Shown: positions 9,358-20,235, counted from the first letter of the stretch. The stretch: DNA of 64,000 nt from an uncultured Verrucomicrobiae bacterium (GCA_963772365.1 CAVYXA010000006.1:1-64000), one strand, 5' to 3'. Numbers and translations are program-made. Notes: generated from the sequence alone by a model not told the origin.

Positions 9358-10679
9358 TTGCCGATGCAGAACTGGCCAAAAACGGAATCAAGAATCTCCT
9401 CAACGTCCACTATTCCGAGAATTTCTCCAATCGCACGCAGCGCCTCGTTAAGATCGACAGCAAAGTATTCTGCAGAGACGCCATCGCACATCGCGGTGCG
9501 CGCTCGGTCACATGCCTCCAAAACGCGTCGTAGGCAATCCCGATGTCGCAGATTAATCGCAACGGCACTTTCCGGTCTCAAATTTTGTCCCGAAATGCGG
9601 GCCAGAATTTCCTTTTCCAGCTCGGGAATTCCTTCGCCGGTTACACAGGAGATACGTAGAGCCGGAACATCTTCCCAATCGCTGTGTTCGGGCAAGTCGC
9701 TCTTGTTTAGAATAACGATTTCATTCGACTGGCCGACACGATCATTAAAATGCGGAGGCTTTGGCTGGCTTCGATCTGCGATATGAAGAAGCAAATCGGC
9801 CGTTTGCAGCGATTTCTCCGTGCGAGCAATTCCTTCCCGCTCGACGCTTTCTAATGCTGTTCGCAGACCAGCTGTATCGAGCAAGCGAACGGGAACGCCG
9901 CGAAGGTTGATCGTTTCCTCAATCGTGTCGCGTGTCGTTCCATGGGATTCACTAACGATGACGCGCTCGTAACCAAGCAATCGGTTGAGCAAACTTGATT
10001 TGCCGGCATTCGTGGCGCCGTAGATCACCACACGAACACCTTCTCGCAGGATTCGGCCCTGATCGGCAGTGGCCAGAAGATCCGAGGTTTTTTCTCGAAT
10101 TGAATCGATTCGGGCCAACAAATTTTCACCCTGGTCGGGCGTGATTACTTCCTCTGGAAAATCGATCGATGCTTCAACATTGCCGAGAAGTGCGATTAGC
10201 TCACCGCGAATCTTATTGGTCTTTTCACCGAGCCGGCCCTCCAGTTGTTCGGTCGCCGAGCGCAAAGCCAGATCGGTCCTGGCGCGGATCAAATCAATGA
10301 CGGCTTCGGCTTGAGTCAGATCCATCTTGCCGTTGAGAAACGCGCGCTCAGTGAATTCGCCGGGACGCGCCGGACGAGCACCAGCGCGCAAACAAGCTTC
10401 CAGAACCTTCGCTGTGACCAATGTTCCCCCGTGACAACTAATCTCGACTAAATCTTCGCCTGTGTAACTGGAGGGCGTACGATGAATCGAGATCACAGCT
10501 TGGTCGATCAATCGCCCAGATTCATCGACGATTTCGCCCAGATGCTGCACGTGAGAATCGAATTTGGCCGGCGACTCTTTCCCTCGAAAAATCTTTTCAG
10601 CTACTGCCACTGCGTTCGCACCTGAGATGCGGACAAGCGCAATCGCTCCCTCGCCCGGAGGCGTGGAAATAGCAACCAT
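9354..10679 (-). CDS. mnmE: tRNA modification GTPase MnmE (start uncertain, may be slightly upstream)
   Basis: GEFTERAFLNGKMDL, GATNAGKSS, GTTRD, DTAG, C-terminal FCIGK. Confidence 0.95.
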   Translation of the reverse strand: MVAISTPPGEGAIALVRISGANAVAVAEKIFRGKESPAKFDSHVQHLGEIVDESGRLIDQAVISIHRTPSSYTGEDLVEISCHGGTLVTAKVLEACLRAGARPARPGEFTERAFLNGKMDLTQAEAVIDLIRARTDLALRSATEQLEGRLGEKTNKIRGELIALLGNVEASIDFPEEVITPDQGENLLARIDSIREKTSDLLATADQGRILREGVRVVIYGATNAGKSSLLNRLLGYERVIVSESHGTTRDTIEETINLRGVPVRLLDTAGLRTALESVEREGIARTEKSLQTADLLLHIADRSQPKPPHFNDRVGQSNEIVILNKSDLPEHSDWEDVPALRISCVTGEGIPELEKEILARISGQNLRPESAVAINLRHRDCLRRVLEACDRARTAMCDGVSAEYFAVDLNEALRAIGEILGIVDVEEILDSVFGQFCIGK

Positions 10680-10717
10680 TGTTTCCCCGGGAATGATTTG
10701 TCGATCCTGCGCTTTCT

Positions 10718-11821
10718 CTAGCGAGCCGGCGGCAGAACTTCTCTCAGCGCTGCGATGCATTTCTTGTTCTGTTCCATTGTTCCCACGGAAATGCGAACCC
10801 ATTCCGATAATCCGTAACCTTTGAGCGGTCGGACGATGACCTTCTTTGCCAGCAGCTTTTTAAAAACGGTGGGCCCGTCACCGACGTTCACCATGACAAA
10901 ATTGGCGACGGCCGGAACAAAGCGCAGCTTCATGGCGGCAAATTCCTTCTCGAGATAAGCGCGTCCTTCATCAACGACCCGCTTGGTCTTGCGTTGGTGA
11001 TCGACATCGTCAAGCGCAGCCAGTGCGCCGATCTGACCGATCCCCGTCACGTTGAATGGTTGCCGCGTTTTTTGCAGAACCGCGATCAATTCGGCCGAAG
11101 CCACGCCGTAACCGATTCGCAAGTTCGCCAGGCCATGAATTTTTGAAAATGTGCGCAGGACGACGACGTTCTGCCTGCTGCGCACGTACTGAAGAACATC
11201 GGGCGGATTATCGAGAAACTCGAAATAAGCTTCGTCGAACACGATGATGATATTTCCCGGGACGCGCGAGATGAAGTTGTTGATCTTCTCCTGAGAAATG
11301 AGCGGTCCGGTCGGATTATTCGGATTGGCAATAAAGATGAGCTTGGTTTTCGCGGTGATGGAATCGAGCATCGCGTCGAGATCGGGTTGAAAATCGGGCG
11401 TTGGCGTTTCGATCGTGCGCGCATCGAAAAGGCTGGCCACGAGTTTGTAGCAAATGAAGGCGTATTGCACGGTCACTACGTCATCGCCCGGCTTCAGAAA
11501 AGCGTGGCCGAGAAATTCGATGATCTCGTTAGAGCCATTGCCGAGAATGATGTTCTCTGATGCAACTCCGAGCTTTCTTGCCAGCGCCTTTCGTAAATAA
11601 TAACCGTTGCCGTCGGGATAAAGATGCGCGGAGTCGAGCGCACGTCTGATCGCTTCCAAAGCTTTCGGGGATGGCCCCAACGGATTTTCGTTCGACGCGA
11701 GTTTGACAATGTGGTCAGGATCGGCATTCAGTTCGCGCGCCGTCTCTTCGATCGGCTTGCCCGGTTCATAAACGATCAGATTGCGCAACTGCGGGTTCGC
11801 CTGGTCCCAGATCGAGGACAT
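10718..11821 (-). CDS. hisC: histidinol-phosphate aminotransferase
   Basis: KLASNENPLGPSP, NPNNPTG, DEAY, RTFSKIHGLA. Confidence 0.93.
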   Translation of the reverse strand: MSSIWDQANPQLRNLIVYEPGKPIEETARELNADPDHIVKLASNENPLGPSPKALEAIRRALDSAHLYPDGNGYYLRKALARKLGVASENIILGNGSNEIIEFLGHAFLKPGDDVVTVQYAFICYKLVASLFDARTIETPTPDFQPDLDAMLDSITAKTKLIFIANPNNPTGPLISQEKINNFISRVPGNIIIVFDEAYFEFLDNPPDVLQYVRSRQNVVVLRTFSKIHGLANLRIGYGVASAELIAVLQKTRQPFNVTGIGQIGALAALDDVDHQRKTKRVVDEGRAYLEKEFAAMKLRFVPAVANFVMVNVGDGPTVFKKLLAKKVIVRPLKGYGLSEWVRISVGTMEQNKKCIAALREVLPPAR

Positions 11822-11921
11822 GGAGTAATGGAGTAGCGGAGTATTGAAGCAATGACAATCGTAACAATGGCTCTAGCCGTTCTATTTGCCAGCCGAGCGC
11901 CGCATCCGCTACACTAGTGGA

Positions 11922-13100
11922 ATGGCAAATGCCGAGATGGTTTATCTCGATAACAACGCGACCACGGAGCTGGATCCAGCGGTCATCGAGGAGATGCTGC
12001 CGTTTCTAACGAAAAATTACGCTAATCCGTCGAGCGGGTATCAATTTGCCGCAGTAGCGCGCAAGGCGATCGACGCGGCGCGGGAGCGAGTCGCGGCATT
12101 GCTAGGCTGTGAGCCGGGCGAGATTGTCTTCACGAGCTGCGGGACCGAATCGAATAACGCGGCGATCAATGCGGCTGTGCAATTCGAGCCTCGCGGCAAA
12201 CATGTTGTCACCAGCGCAATCGAGCACAGTGCCGTTCTCCGGCATTGCGAAGATCTGGCCAGGCGCGGATGTAACGTTACTTTTCTCGGGGTTGATCGAG
12301 ACGGAAATATCGATGTTGCCGAGCTGGAGAAAGCGATCCGGCCGGAAACCGCCATCGTTTCATTGATGTGGGCAAATAACGAGACGGGCGTCTTGTTTTC
12401 GGTGGAAAAAATCGCCGAGATTTGCCGACAGAAGCGCGTGCTTTTTCATACCGATGCCGTGCAGGCTGCGGGGAAAGTCCCGATTCGACTCCGAGACATG
12501 TCGATCAATTTTCTTTCGATCTCAGCCCACAAATTTCATGGGCCAAAAGGAGTCGGTGCGCTTTATGTCAACCGAGCCACGCGATTTCGTCCTTCCATCA
12601 TTGGCGGAAGCCAGGAAAACGGGCGCCGGGCCGGGACCGAGAATGTAGCCTCGATCGTCGGTTTGGGAAAAGCGGCCGAGTGCGCGTTGGAATCTTTATC
12701 GGACGAAGACACCAGGGTCCGAGCAATGCGCGACAAATTTGAAGGAGCGATCTTGGAAAATATTTCCGAAGTGTCGGTGAATGGCGCCGGCTCGATGCGA
12801 TTGCCAAACACGTCGAATCTCTCATTCGCCGGAATTGAATCGCACGCAGCCTTGATCCTGCTGGACCGACATCGCATCTGCTGTTCCGCCGGATCGGCCT
12901 GCAAAACGGGGTCGAGCGATGGCTCGCATGTCCTGCGGGCCATGCACATGGAAGATCGCGCGCAGCGCAGCCTCCGTTTTTCCTTCGGTAGGTTCAATAC
13001 CGAAGAGGAGATCGATCAAGCAATTGAAACAGTACCAAAGGTAATCGCCAAATTGCGCGGCCTTTCTGCAACAGTGCCGACGGCAACCACCATTGCCTGA
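11922..13100 (+). CDS. cysteine desulfurase (NifS/IscS family)
   Basis: YLDNNATT, SAHKFHGPKG, SAGSAC. Confidence 0.93.
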   Translation: MANAEMVYLDNNATTELDPAVIEEMLPFLTKNYANPSSGYQFAAVARKAIDAARERVAALLGCEPGEIVFTSCGTESNNAAINAAVQFEPRGKHVVTSAIEHSAVLRHCEDLARRGCNVTFLGVDRDGNIDVAELEKAIRPETAIVSLMWANNETGVLFSVEKIAEICRQKRVLFHTDAVQAAGKVPIRLRDMSINFLSISAHKFHGPKGVGALYVNRATRFRPSIIGGSQENGRRAGTENVASIVGLGKAAECALESLSDEDTRVRAMRDKFEGAILENISEVSVNGAGSMRLPNTSNLSFAGIESHAALILLDRHRICCSAGSACKTGSSDGSHVLRAMHMEDRAQRSLRFSFGRFNTEEEIDQAIETVPKVIAKLRGLSATVPTATTIA

Positions 13101-13114
13101 CCTCTGCTAAGGGA

Positions 13115-15310
13115 TCAGTGATTCGTGCTGGCTGTCTTTGGCCCGTGCGTAAGATCGACGAGATCAGCCAGGATATTCAGTGCTTCGTCCCGCTCCGGAT
13201 CGACGGCGGGCTCTTTCGTGCCGTCATCGCCGCCTATCAAATCCGAATCGTCATCGTCGGCAGCCTCCGGTGAGACCTTCTCGGTTACCCCATTCTTTTT
13301 GGCCTCAGCCAGTTTCCCCGGATACATGATGAGCTGCAGGTTTGGCTTATCGACGGTGTCGAGCGTCACGCGATAAATGCTGGGCTCGACGTCATGACGC
13401 GCCAGACGCTCCTTAGCGCGGGCTTCTTTGCGCGCCTTATCATCCTGCAGCTCTTTGCGACGAACATCCTCGTTCAGTGAGATGCGGTTATCGGCCAGTT
13501 TTTTCCGCAATCGATCCAAATCTTCCATCACATAATGGAAGTCCGGATTGCTGGCCACGCGTTCCGCCGATCGCCCTTTTAATTGGTCGATAAAAAGCGA
13601 ATGCGTGTCGGACCACTTTGTGTATTTCACCTTCGAGACCTCATCATATGGCAATGCGTTCTTAAGAGCGCTCTCGCCAACTACCTCCGGCAGGTCGGTC
13701 AAGCTGGGCAGTACGATGTCAGATGTCACTCCGTGAAGCTGAGTAGAACCACCGGCGACCCGATAGAATTTTTGGATCGTGAGCTTGAGCGCGCCATCGT
13801 CCTGGGATCGGCTTCCCAGCAGGGAAGTAAACCGGCCGATCTCGAGAATCGTCTGCACCGTGCCTTTTCCGAACGTGCTCCCATCGCCAACGATGACGGC
13901 CCGGCCATAATCCTGAAGAGCAGCCGCAAAGATTTCGCTGGCCGAGGCGCTTTGGCGGCTGGTCAAAACGACCATGGGGCCCGAATACGCGGTGTCCGGG
14001 TCGGGATCGCTCGACACGACGATGTTGCCGTTTGGATTTTTCGTCTGGACGACCGGTCCTGATTTCAAGAACAAACCGGTGAGGGAGATCGCCTCCTCGA
14101 GAGAACCGCCGCCATTGCGGCGAAGATCGACAATCAACCCGGCGATATTTTCTTTTTTCAACCGCTTGAGCAGCGCCTGGACGTCCTTGGTCGTGCTCTT
14201 TTTGTGGCCCTCCATGTCCGCGTAAAACGATGGCAAAGTCAGCCATCCAAGTTTTACCGGGCTTCCGTTTTCATCCTTTCGAATGATGATGTCGGCGCGC
14301 GCCTCCTGGTCCTTCAGTTTAATTTCATCGCGCACGATCTCGACGTTTTTGCGCTTCGAAGGATCGGCGGCATCTGCCGGGATCACCAGCAGCCGGACCC
14401 GTGTGCCCTTTTTGCCCCGAATCATCTCAACGACCTTGTCCAACCGCATTTCGCGAACATCGACAAAGTCAGCCGAACCTTGGGCCACGGCGGTGATACG
14501 ATCTCCGACTTTGAGGTGGCCATCTTTTTGCGCCGGCCCGCCGGGAACGAGGCTCTCGATCTTGGCATAACCATCCTCCGAGCGAAGCATCGCGCCGATT
14601 CCAACGAGCGAAAGACCCATATTGATGCTGAAATTCTTGAGGTCGGCCTTGCTCAGATATTCCGAATGCGGGTCGTAGGTTTGCGCCAAAGCATCGAGAA
14701 AAATCTTCAATTGCTCGGTCTTGTCCTGCTCGTGAACATTTCGATCAATCCGATCGTAACGGCGCGCGATCAGTTGCGGCCCCGGCTCGATCGGGTGCTC
14801 GCTCAAGCGCTCCTGAAGCAATTCGTTCTCAATTCGCCCGCGCCAGAGCTGATCGGCTTCAGCCTCATCCTTTGGCCATGGCGCCTTTTGCCGGCTGACT
14901 TCGATGGTGGCCATGGTGTTGAAATCCATTGGCTGCTTGAGCAGCTCTTTCACTTTAACCACCCGATCGTCCACTCGTTTGGTGTAAAGATCGTAAATCG
15001 CGTAGGCCGGCTTGAGATTGCCCAACACAACGTCGTCACCGAGCGATTTGCCATATTTCGCCGTCAGAGCATCGACATCTTTTTGAGTGAAAAAGAGATG
15101 ACTGTAATCGAGCAGTTCCAGATAGCTTTGCAGAAATTTCTGAGAAACATCGGCGTTCAGGGGCTGGCGGGTGTAATGGCCTTCCTCCAAAAGCCGTCCG
15201 ACCGAAATCGCAATTTGGTCAGCATCCGCTTTGGCCAGGACGGGCTTGGGATTTACCGCACAGACAAAAACGACGGCCGAAGCCGTCAACAGTGCGCCGA
15301 AACGTTTCAT
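13115..15310 (-). CDS. prc: carboxy-terminal processing protease (Prc/Tsp, S41)
   Basis: DPHSEY, PDZ domain, DLRRNGGG, SASASEIFA, GKGTVQ. Confidence 0.9.
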   Translation of the reverse strand: MKRFGALLTASAVVFVCAVNPKPVLAKADADQIAISVGRLLEEGHYTRQPLNADVSQKFLQSYLELLDYSHLFFTQKDVDALTAKYGKSLGDDVVLGNLKPAYAIYDLYTKRVDDRVVKVKELLKQPMDFNTMATIEVSRQKAPWPKDEAEADQLWRGRIENELLQERLSEHPIEPGPQLIARRYDRIDRNVHEQDKTEQLKIFLDALAQTYDPHSEYLSKADLKNFSINMGLSLVGIGAMLRSEDGYAKIESLVPGGPAQKDGHLKVGDRITAVAQGSADFVDVREMRLDKVVEMIRGKKGTRVRLLVIPADAADPSKRKNVEIVRDEIKLKDQEARADIIIRKDENGSPVKLGWLTLPSFYADMEGHKKSTTKDVQALLKRLKKENIAGLIVDLRRNGGGSLEEAISLTGLFLKSGPVVQTKNPNGNIVVSSDPDPDTAYSGPMVVLTSRQSASASEIFAAALQDYGRAVIVGDGSTFGKGTVQTILEIGRFTSLLGSRSQDDGALKLTIQKFYRVAGGSTQLHGVTSDIVLPSLTDLPEVVGESALKNALPYDEVSKVKYTKWSDTHSLFIDQLKGRSAERVASNPDFHYVMEDLDRLRKKLADNRISLNEDVRRKELQDDKARKEARAKERLARHDVEPSIYRVTLDTVDKPNLQLIMYPGKLAEAKKNGVTEKVSPEAADDDDSDLIGGDDGTKEPAVDPERDEALNILADLVDLTHGPKTASTNH

Positions 15311-15482
15311 TCTAGGAAAAAAAGAGCCTGCTATGATCGCAGAGTTCCGAGGGAAAGCAAACATAAGAGATGTAGTTAATGAGCAAAGTTGAGACAATCG
15401 CGCAGCGTGAACATTCAAAGTTCGAAGAAAGTACTAAGTTCAGATGCATTTCCCTGTGAAATGAAGGTCGTGAGGCAGTTTG

Positions 15483-15506
15483 CGAGGGCCATAGACCGCC
15501 GCTACA
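15483..15506 (-). repeat. single arm of the TGTAGCGGCGGTCTATG REP family
   Basis: Reverse complement TGTAGCGGCGGTCTATGGCCCTCG. Confidence 0.75.
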
Positions 15507-15527
15507 GAAGATAACATCCTCGAACTG

Positions 15528-16136
15528 ATGAAGTATAAGAGCTTTTGCGGTGGCATCTTCGAAACCAATTGCTATTTCATCGAGGCGCCGGAGGGCTGGA
15601 TTTTGTTCGACGCGCCGGAGGGTGCCTGCGCCTGGGTCGAATCGTTGGATGTCGATCTTAAACTCCTGCTGCTTACTCACGGGCATTTTGATCACACTCC
15701 CGACGTGGCGAAGGTAAAACGCCGGTTCGGTTGCCCCATTGGCTGCCATCGCGAGACAGCACCGATGATCTCCGATCCGGAGTTTTTTCGAAGATTCGGA
15801 TTCCAACTCGAAGTGGAACCAACAGAACCCGATTTTTTTATCGAGGAAACAACGGCCCGGAAATTTCTCGGCTGGGAATTACAGGTCCTCGAGGTACCGG
15901 GTCACTGTCCGGGCAGCCTCTGTTTCTTTTCGCGAAAGGATCAGCTGTTGATTGGTGGCGACGTTCTCTTCGCCGGAAGCATAGGGCGAGGCGATTTGCC
16001 AGGTGGCGATCTCGATGTTTTGATCGACGGGATTAGAAAGAAACTTTTGCCTTTAGGAGACGATGTGACGGTTCTGCCTGGGCATGGCTCGGAAACCACA
16101 ATTGGCCGGGAGCGACTAACAAATCCGTTCTTGTGA
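15528..16136 (+). CDS. MBL-fold metallo-hydrolase (glyoxalase II-like)
   Basis: THGHFDH, PGHCPG, GDVLF, PGHG. Confidence 0.9.
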   Translation: MKYKSFCGGIFETNCYFIEAPEGWILFDAPEGACAWVESLDVDLKLLLLTHGHFDHTPDVAKVKRRFGCPIGCHRETAPMISDPEFFRRFGFQLEVEPTEPDFFIEETTARKFLGWELQVLEVPGHCPGSLCFFSRKDQLLIGGDVLFAGSIGRGDLPGGDLDVLIDGIRKKLLPLGDDVTVLPGHGSETTIGRERLTNPFL

Positions 16137-16143
16137 CTTCACC

Positions 16144-16524
16144 CTATCGCCACGGGTAAAAATCGCGCGGCTTTACATGGAGCGCCAATTCAATTTGGTG
16201 CAGATCGTGACGGGCATGTTGAACGTCGCGCCGGAGCTGGCGGCGATTATAGTGTCCTTGCCGGTATTGAGAATTGATCTCGTCGATGTTGCGCGACGTC
16301 GCCAGAAAATCGCGCCGGATCTCCCGGCTGCTCTTGTGGTTTCGGAATTCCCAACGCACGTGCCCCCGCATCCGGTTGAGTTGATGAATGGCGTCTTCCA
16401 AATGATCTGACCACGGCCAGGTAATGCCGAGGCGAATATCGCTGTCCGACTCGGTTGCGGGCGCGGAGTGCGACGCGAGATTGATGCTCAACACAATCGC
16501 TGCAATCCAAAAGAACCTCTTCAT
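16144..16524 (-). CDS. hypothetical secreted protein
   Basis: Signal peptide MKRFFWIAAIVLS; fills the gap between neighbours. Confidence 0.6.
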   Translation of the reverse strand: MKRFFWIAAIVLSINLASHSAPATESDSDIRLGITWPWSDHLEDAIHQLNRMRGHVRWEFRNHKSSREIRRDFLATSRNIDEINSQYRQGHYNRRQLRRDVQHARHDLHQIELALHVKPRDFYPWR

Positions 16525-16599
16525 GCAAATTTCCGGCTAACAGCTTTGGACGAAATTGCCAAGCCGAGATTCAAAAGCGAGTGGAAAATTCGGAACGGA

Positions 16600-17586
16600 T
16601 CACGAAAGATTTCCCAGGAGTTCCTCGAGCGGATGAAGATTGTCGATCTTCGCCACGATGCCGCGCAGCGATTGCAGCGCCTTGGGAACATGTGTGAGAA
16701 AGCTTTCGTGCCCTTTCACAAGGCCCAAAAATCCGTAAGCGCCGAGTGCCTGCATAAGTCGCTGCATCGCGCATTGCTGGAGCTTGTCCTCGAATTCACC
16801 GTTTACCACGATCCCGCTCTTGATTTGCTCCTCGCGATAATATTGGAGCAATTCCTGCCGCTCCACTTCGCTAAGATCGACATAAGGATCGTACAGCAGG
16901 GAGGCGAGATCGTATTCGGCAAGGCCCGGTCGCATTCCCTGAAAATCAATCAGATACGCCAGACCATTCCGAATGATGATGTTTTGCGATTGAAAATCGC
17001 GGTGGATGAGCACGCGCGGAAAACGGGCGAGACGTTGTGCAATCTGCTGAAGCGCTGGTAACGCGTTCAGGGCTGTGATCCGGGCCGCGTCTAGCTTGAA
17101 GTATCGGCCCAGACAATTCTTGAAAAAGTAATTCTGTTCCCAGCGATAAAGGGCAGCATTGAATTCGGCTGGCAGATTCTTCCGCATTCCATCCGGAATT
17201 GTCAGCCGATGAAGCTTTGCCACTTGATCGAGCGCTGATTCGTAAAAGGCGCGGCGGACGAGCCAGCTCTCATCTCGATATCCGAAGAGATCATTCTCGC
17301 CGAGATCTTCAATCCAGATCAATCCTTCGGCTGGATCGTGAAAATAGATTTTCGGAGCCCGAATCTCGTGCTCGGCCAAAAATTGAGCGATTCGCACATA
17401 ATGACGGTTTTCTTCCCGCTCGAGACTGTATTTAACGAGAATGATCGACTGCTCCGGCGAAGAACGAATCCGATAAAACTTGCGGTCTGATCCGCCCTTC
17501 TCAATCGGCGCGATCTCGATTCGATCGACATCCAACCGCGGGAAATGCATTCGCGTCTGGTGGAGAAGGAGATCGTCGATTCCCAT
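16600..17586 (-). CDS. phosphotransferase, AmgK-like anomeric sugar kinase
   Basis: GGSDRKFYR, EDLG, HRDFQSQN, IDFQ, YDLASLL; paired with a nucleotidyltransferase. Confidence 0.8.
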   Translation of the reverse strand: MGIDDLLLHQTRMHFPRLDVDRIEIAPIEKGGSDRKFYRIRSSPEQSIILVKYSLEREENRHYVRIAQFLAEHEIRAPKIYFHDPAEGLIWIEDLGENDLFGYRDESWLVRRAFYESALDQVAKLHRLTIPDGMRKNLPAEFNAALYRWEQNYFFKNCLGRYFKLDAARITALNALPALQQIAQRLARFPRVLIHRDFQSQNIIIRNGLAYLIDFQGMRPGLAEYDLASLLYDPYVDLSEVERQELLQYYREEQIKSGIVVNGEFEDKLQQCAMQRLMQALGAYGFLGLVKGHESFLTHVPKALQSLRGIVAKIDNLHPLEELLGNLS

Positions 17587-17590
17587 GGGA

Positions 17591-18547
17591 TCAGATATCG
17601 ATGTTACGATGACTGCCGCGGACTTTTTGGTTGGCGCCGACAATACAACGCACGAGCTCGCTTCCGGAAGCAATTTGTGCACCGGGCCATAAGATTGTGT
17701 CCTCCAAGACTGCTCCGGCGCCTACGTGGCAATCTTTTGCCACAATCGAACAACCACGAATCTCAGCCGTAGCATCGACAATCGCACTTCGATGAATTGC
17801 GACCGGCCACTCCTGTTCGTTCACAAAGTGTGGATGCCATTCGCCGCGCGAGATGACGCGGTGGACGCCCAGATACTCCGCCCGCGAACCTATGTTGAAC
17901 CAACCCCCTTTCTCGAGCACCACGCCGCCGATTTTGCCACCCTCCGAAATCCACTTGGTCAGAATCGGAATGAAAGAGATTTTCTGTGAAGATGGAATTC
18001 GGCGGAAGATCGACGCATTCCAAACGGCAACGTTGGCGAAATCGTAATCCCCAGGAACCCCGTAGCGCTCCCCGATGTCAACGATTCGATTTTCCCGCAA
18101 GGCAACTTGCGCACCAAAATCAGTCCGCCGTAATGCGACTGTCACATCGTTCTCAAAATCGATATGTTGTTTGATCAGCGGCTCGAGCGGCAGATCCGTC
18201 AAAATGTCCCCGCTGTAAGTGATGAACGGCTCGGGCCCGAATCGCGCTTCAACGTTCTTAATGCCACCGCCGGTTTCCAGAAGCACCGGCTCGTTAACGA
18301 ATTCGATGCGACGATCGCGATAGCTATTTTCAGGAAAGGTATTGGCGAACGCGTCTGGCAGAAGATGTGTATTTACGATGAATTTTTCGATCCCGTTCTC
18401 AATCAAATGATCGAAAGGGAAAGTGATAAGCGGCTTTTGAAAGATTGGGATAAGGGGCTTGGGCAGCTTATCGGTGAGCGGACGGAGGCGAGTGCCGAGG
18501 CCGGCGCCGAGGACGAATGATTGGGTGATTGAGCGGCGGGAACTCAA
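17591..18547 (-). CDS. NDP-sugar nucleotidyltransferase (MurU / GMP-pyrophosphorylase-like)
   Basis: LGAGLGTRLRPLT..PKPL, ETGGG, C-terminal hexapeptide repeats; start uncertain. Confidence 0.85.
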   Translation of the reverse strand: MSSRRSITQSFVLGAGLGTRLRPLTDKLPKPLIPIFQKPLITFPFDHLIENGIEKFIVNTHLLPDAFANTFPENSYRDRRIEFVNEPVLLETGGGIKNVEARFGPEPFITYSGDILTDLPLEPLIKQHIDFENDVTVALRRTDFGAQVALRENRIVDIGERYGVPGDYDFANVAVWNASIFRRIPSSQKISFIPILTKWISEGGKIGGVVLEKGGWFNIGSRAEYLGVHRVISRGEWHPHFVNEQEWPVAIHRSAIVDATAEIRGCSIVAKDCHVGAGAVLEDTILWPGAQIASGSELVRCIVGANQKVRGSHRNIDI

Positions 18548-18596
18548 GGTGAATGAGGCCAAGTATATTGCACCAGCCTGCAACCGCCGCCAGTTG

Positions 18597-18959
18597 TCAT
18601 TGTCGATCTCGGAAGGTCTTCCATTCGCGCCTTGATCGAATGCTGGAAGTCTCCGCTTCAGCAATGGCACTTTCCAGTTCTCGCAACGCTTGAAGGACGC
18701 GAGTCGGGTACTTGCTAATCCAGCGCTCAGAAATTTGCACAAGCGGCGCGGGATTAAGGTAATGTAGTTTCTGACGGCCGCGCCAAAGATGAACCACAAG
18801 ATTGGCGCGCTGAAGAAGTGTTAGGTGTTTGGATACGCCTTGCCGTGTCATTTGAAGATGCCGAGAAAGCTGCCTCAGCGTTTGGCCATTGTTATTGTGC
18901 AATTGATCCAGTAATGCGCGGCGGCCAGCGTCGGCTAAAGCTTTGAACACGAGATCCAT
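18597..18959 (-). CDS. ArsR/SmtB family transcriptional regulator
   Basis: VFKALADAGRRALL, MTRQGVSKHL, GRQKLHYLN. Confidence 0.85.
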   Translation of the reverse strand: MDLVFKALADAGRRALLDQLHNNNGQTLRQLSRHLQMTRQGVSKHLTLLQRANLVVHLWRGRQKLHYLNPAPLVQISERWISKYPTRVLQALRELESAIAEAETSSIRSRREWKTFRDRQ

Positions 18960-19048
18960 TGCGCACAAATGCAACCGTTTGGTTGCATGTCAAATACGAA
19001 CTCATCCCGGGCGGGCATTCGAAGCTGGCGGAGGCGATCCACGTGATC

Positions 19049-20107
19049 TCAGGGATAAGCCCGTTTCGCCCGGCGGATACGATTCCCGCCAGCCCACTCA
19101 TCCGCGATCATCGGTTCGCTTTTCCGTCTCAAGTAGAGTGTGCGCGTCCCGAAATCGATGATTCCATGATTGAGGTTCAAAATCTCTGCGCCTAGCAGCC
19201 CCGCCACGGGAGGAGAGCCGCGTAGCAGGCCGCCATGAATTAGCCCCGCCAGATCAACCACGCCCACGTCGCGATTATTCAGATCGACGGAACCGATTGA
19301 GAGTTTCCGAATGTAGGCCATCCGGATACCTCGTTGCTTTAGATTTACTGCAGCCGATTGAAATGGCGTTTCACGCGTCGGGATCCTCATTCGTTTAACG
19401 AAAGACCGGTGAAGCAGCGTGGCAAATGAACCGGTATCCACCATGAGCCTGGCGGCTCTTCCATTAACGGATCCGCGCACGTATAAATTAAATCCCTCAC
19501 TTACCTGGATCGGGACGGCTTGAAACCCGCGATGATCGAGTCCGGGTAGACTCCCGGCCACATCGGGATTGGTTTTTAGAAACAGGCGCCGACGATGACA
19601 GTCGATTACGGCGTTGGTCGGGAAAAGAATGTCGGCGCCGATAATGCCATCGATCTCCTGTTCCTCGGCCGCGCGCATCGATTTCGCCGAAGGGCCCAAA
19701 TCGATGAGCACGACGGGTTCATCTACCAGCTCCAGACTGCCCAGCCGGAGCCTTTTCACAATTCCGACGCTGTTGAAGACGCCATTGATCTGAAGGCGAG
19801 ATGGCAGGCCGGGACTATTGGCGATGCCGGCCACTCGAAAATGATCACGCCGATGCACTGCAATAGCGCTCACCGGGGCTCCACTATCCACCCCCAGCCA
19901 CGCGCTTCTGCCGTTAATATATGCGCGCACGAGAAGATGATTTTGCCGCGAGCGGACCAATCGCAGGGCGTCGAATTTCGACGGCGCGACCTGAGGGGAA
20001 TTCCGTCCGTGGGTTCGCGCGTCAGATACTGGCGCAGGAATGGCCAGGAGCAGGAATAGGATCGACAATATTCCCCGCGCGACGCAACGCCCCTTTGTTG
20101 AAATCAC
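19049..20107 (-). CDS. secreted two-domain retropepsin-like aspartyl protease
   Basis: VDSGA...GIIGAD and VDTGS...GLLGAE; start uncertain. Confidence 0.8.
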   Translation of the reverse strand: MISTKGRCVARGILSILFLLLAIPAPVSDARTHGRNSPQVAPSKFDALRLVRSRQNHLLVRAYINGRSAWLGVDSGAPVSAIAVHRRDHFRVAGIANSPGLPSRLQINGVFNSVGIVKRLRLGSLELVDEPVVLIDLGPSAKSMRAAEEQEIDGIIGADILFPTNAVIDCHRRRLFLKTNPDVAGSLPGLDHRGFQAVPIQVSEGFNLYVRGSVNGRAARLMVDTGSFATLLHRSFVKRMRIPTRETPFQSAAVNLKQRGIRMAYIRKLSIGSVDLNNRDVGVVDLAGLIHGGLLRGSPPVAGLLGAEILNLNHGIIDFGTRTLYLRRKSEPMIADEWAGGNRIRRAKRAYP

Positions 20108-20164
20108 GGGCGCAAGAATAGCATATTCGGCCAAAAACTGAAAAGCCTTTTGCACGGCAAAAAG

Positions 20165-20235
20165 AGCGGGCAACGGGAATCGAACCCGCATGGCCAGCTT
20201 GGAAGGCTGGAACTTTACCATTAAGCTATGCCCGC
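20165..20235 (-). tRNA. tRNA-Gly(UCC), CCA not encoded
   Basis: GCGGGCA/TGCCCGC acceptor; CCAGC-CTTCCAA-GCTGG anticodon arm; GGTTCGATTCC. Confidence 0.96.

Noticed and set aside
11655..11672. AAAGCTTTCGGGG in hisC resembling the pseudo-tRNA hairpin
   Set aside because: It encodes the conserved GPSPKA motif with no length change; probably coincidence.
14204..15379. Long antisense ORFs (391 aa here; also 48255-49172, 45737-46420, 53188-53841)
   Set aside because: Shadows of well-supported genes on the opposite strand, with no recognisable motifs.
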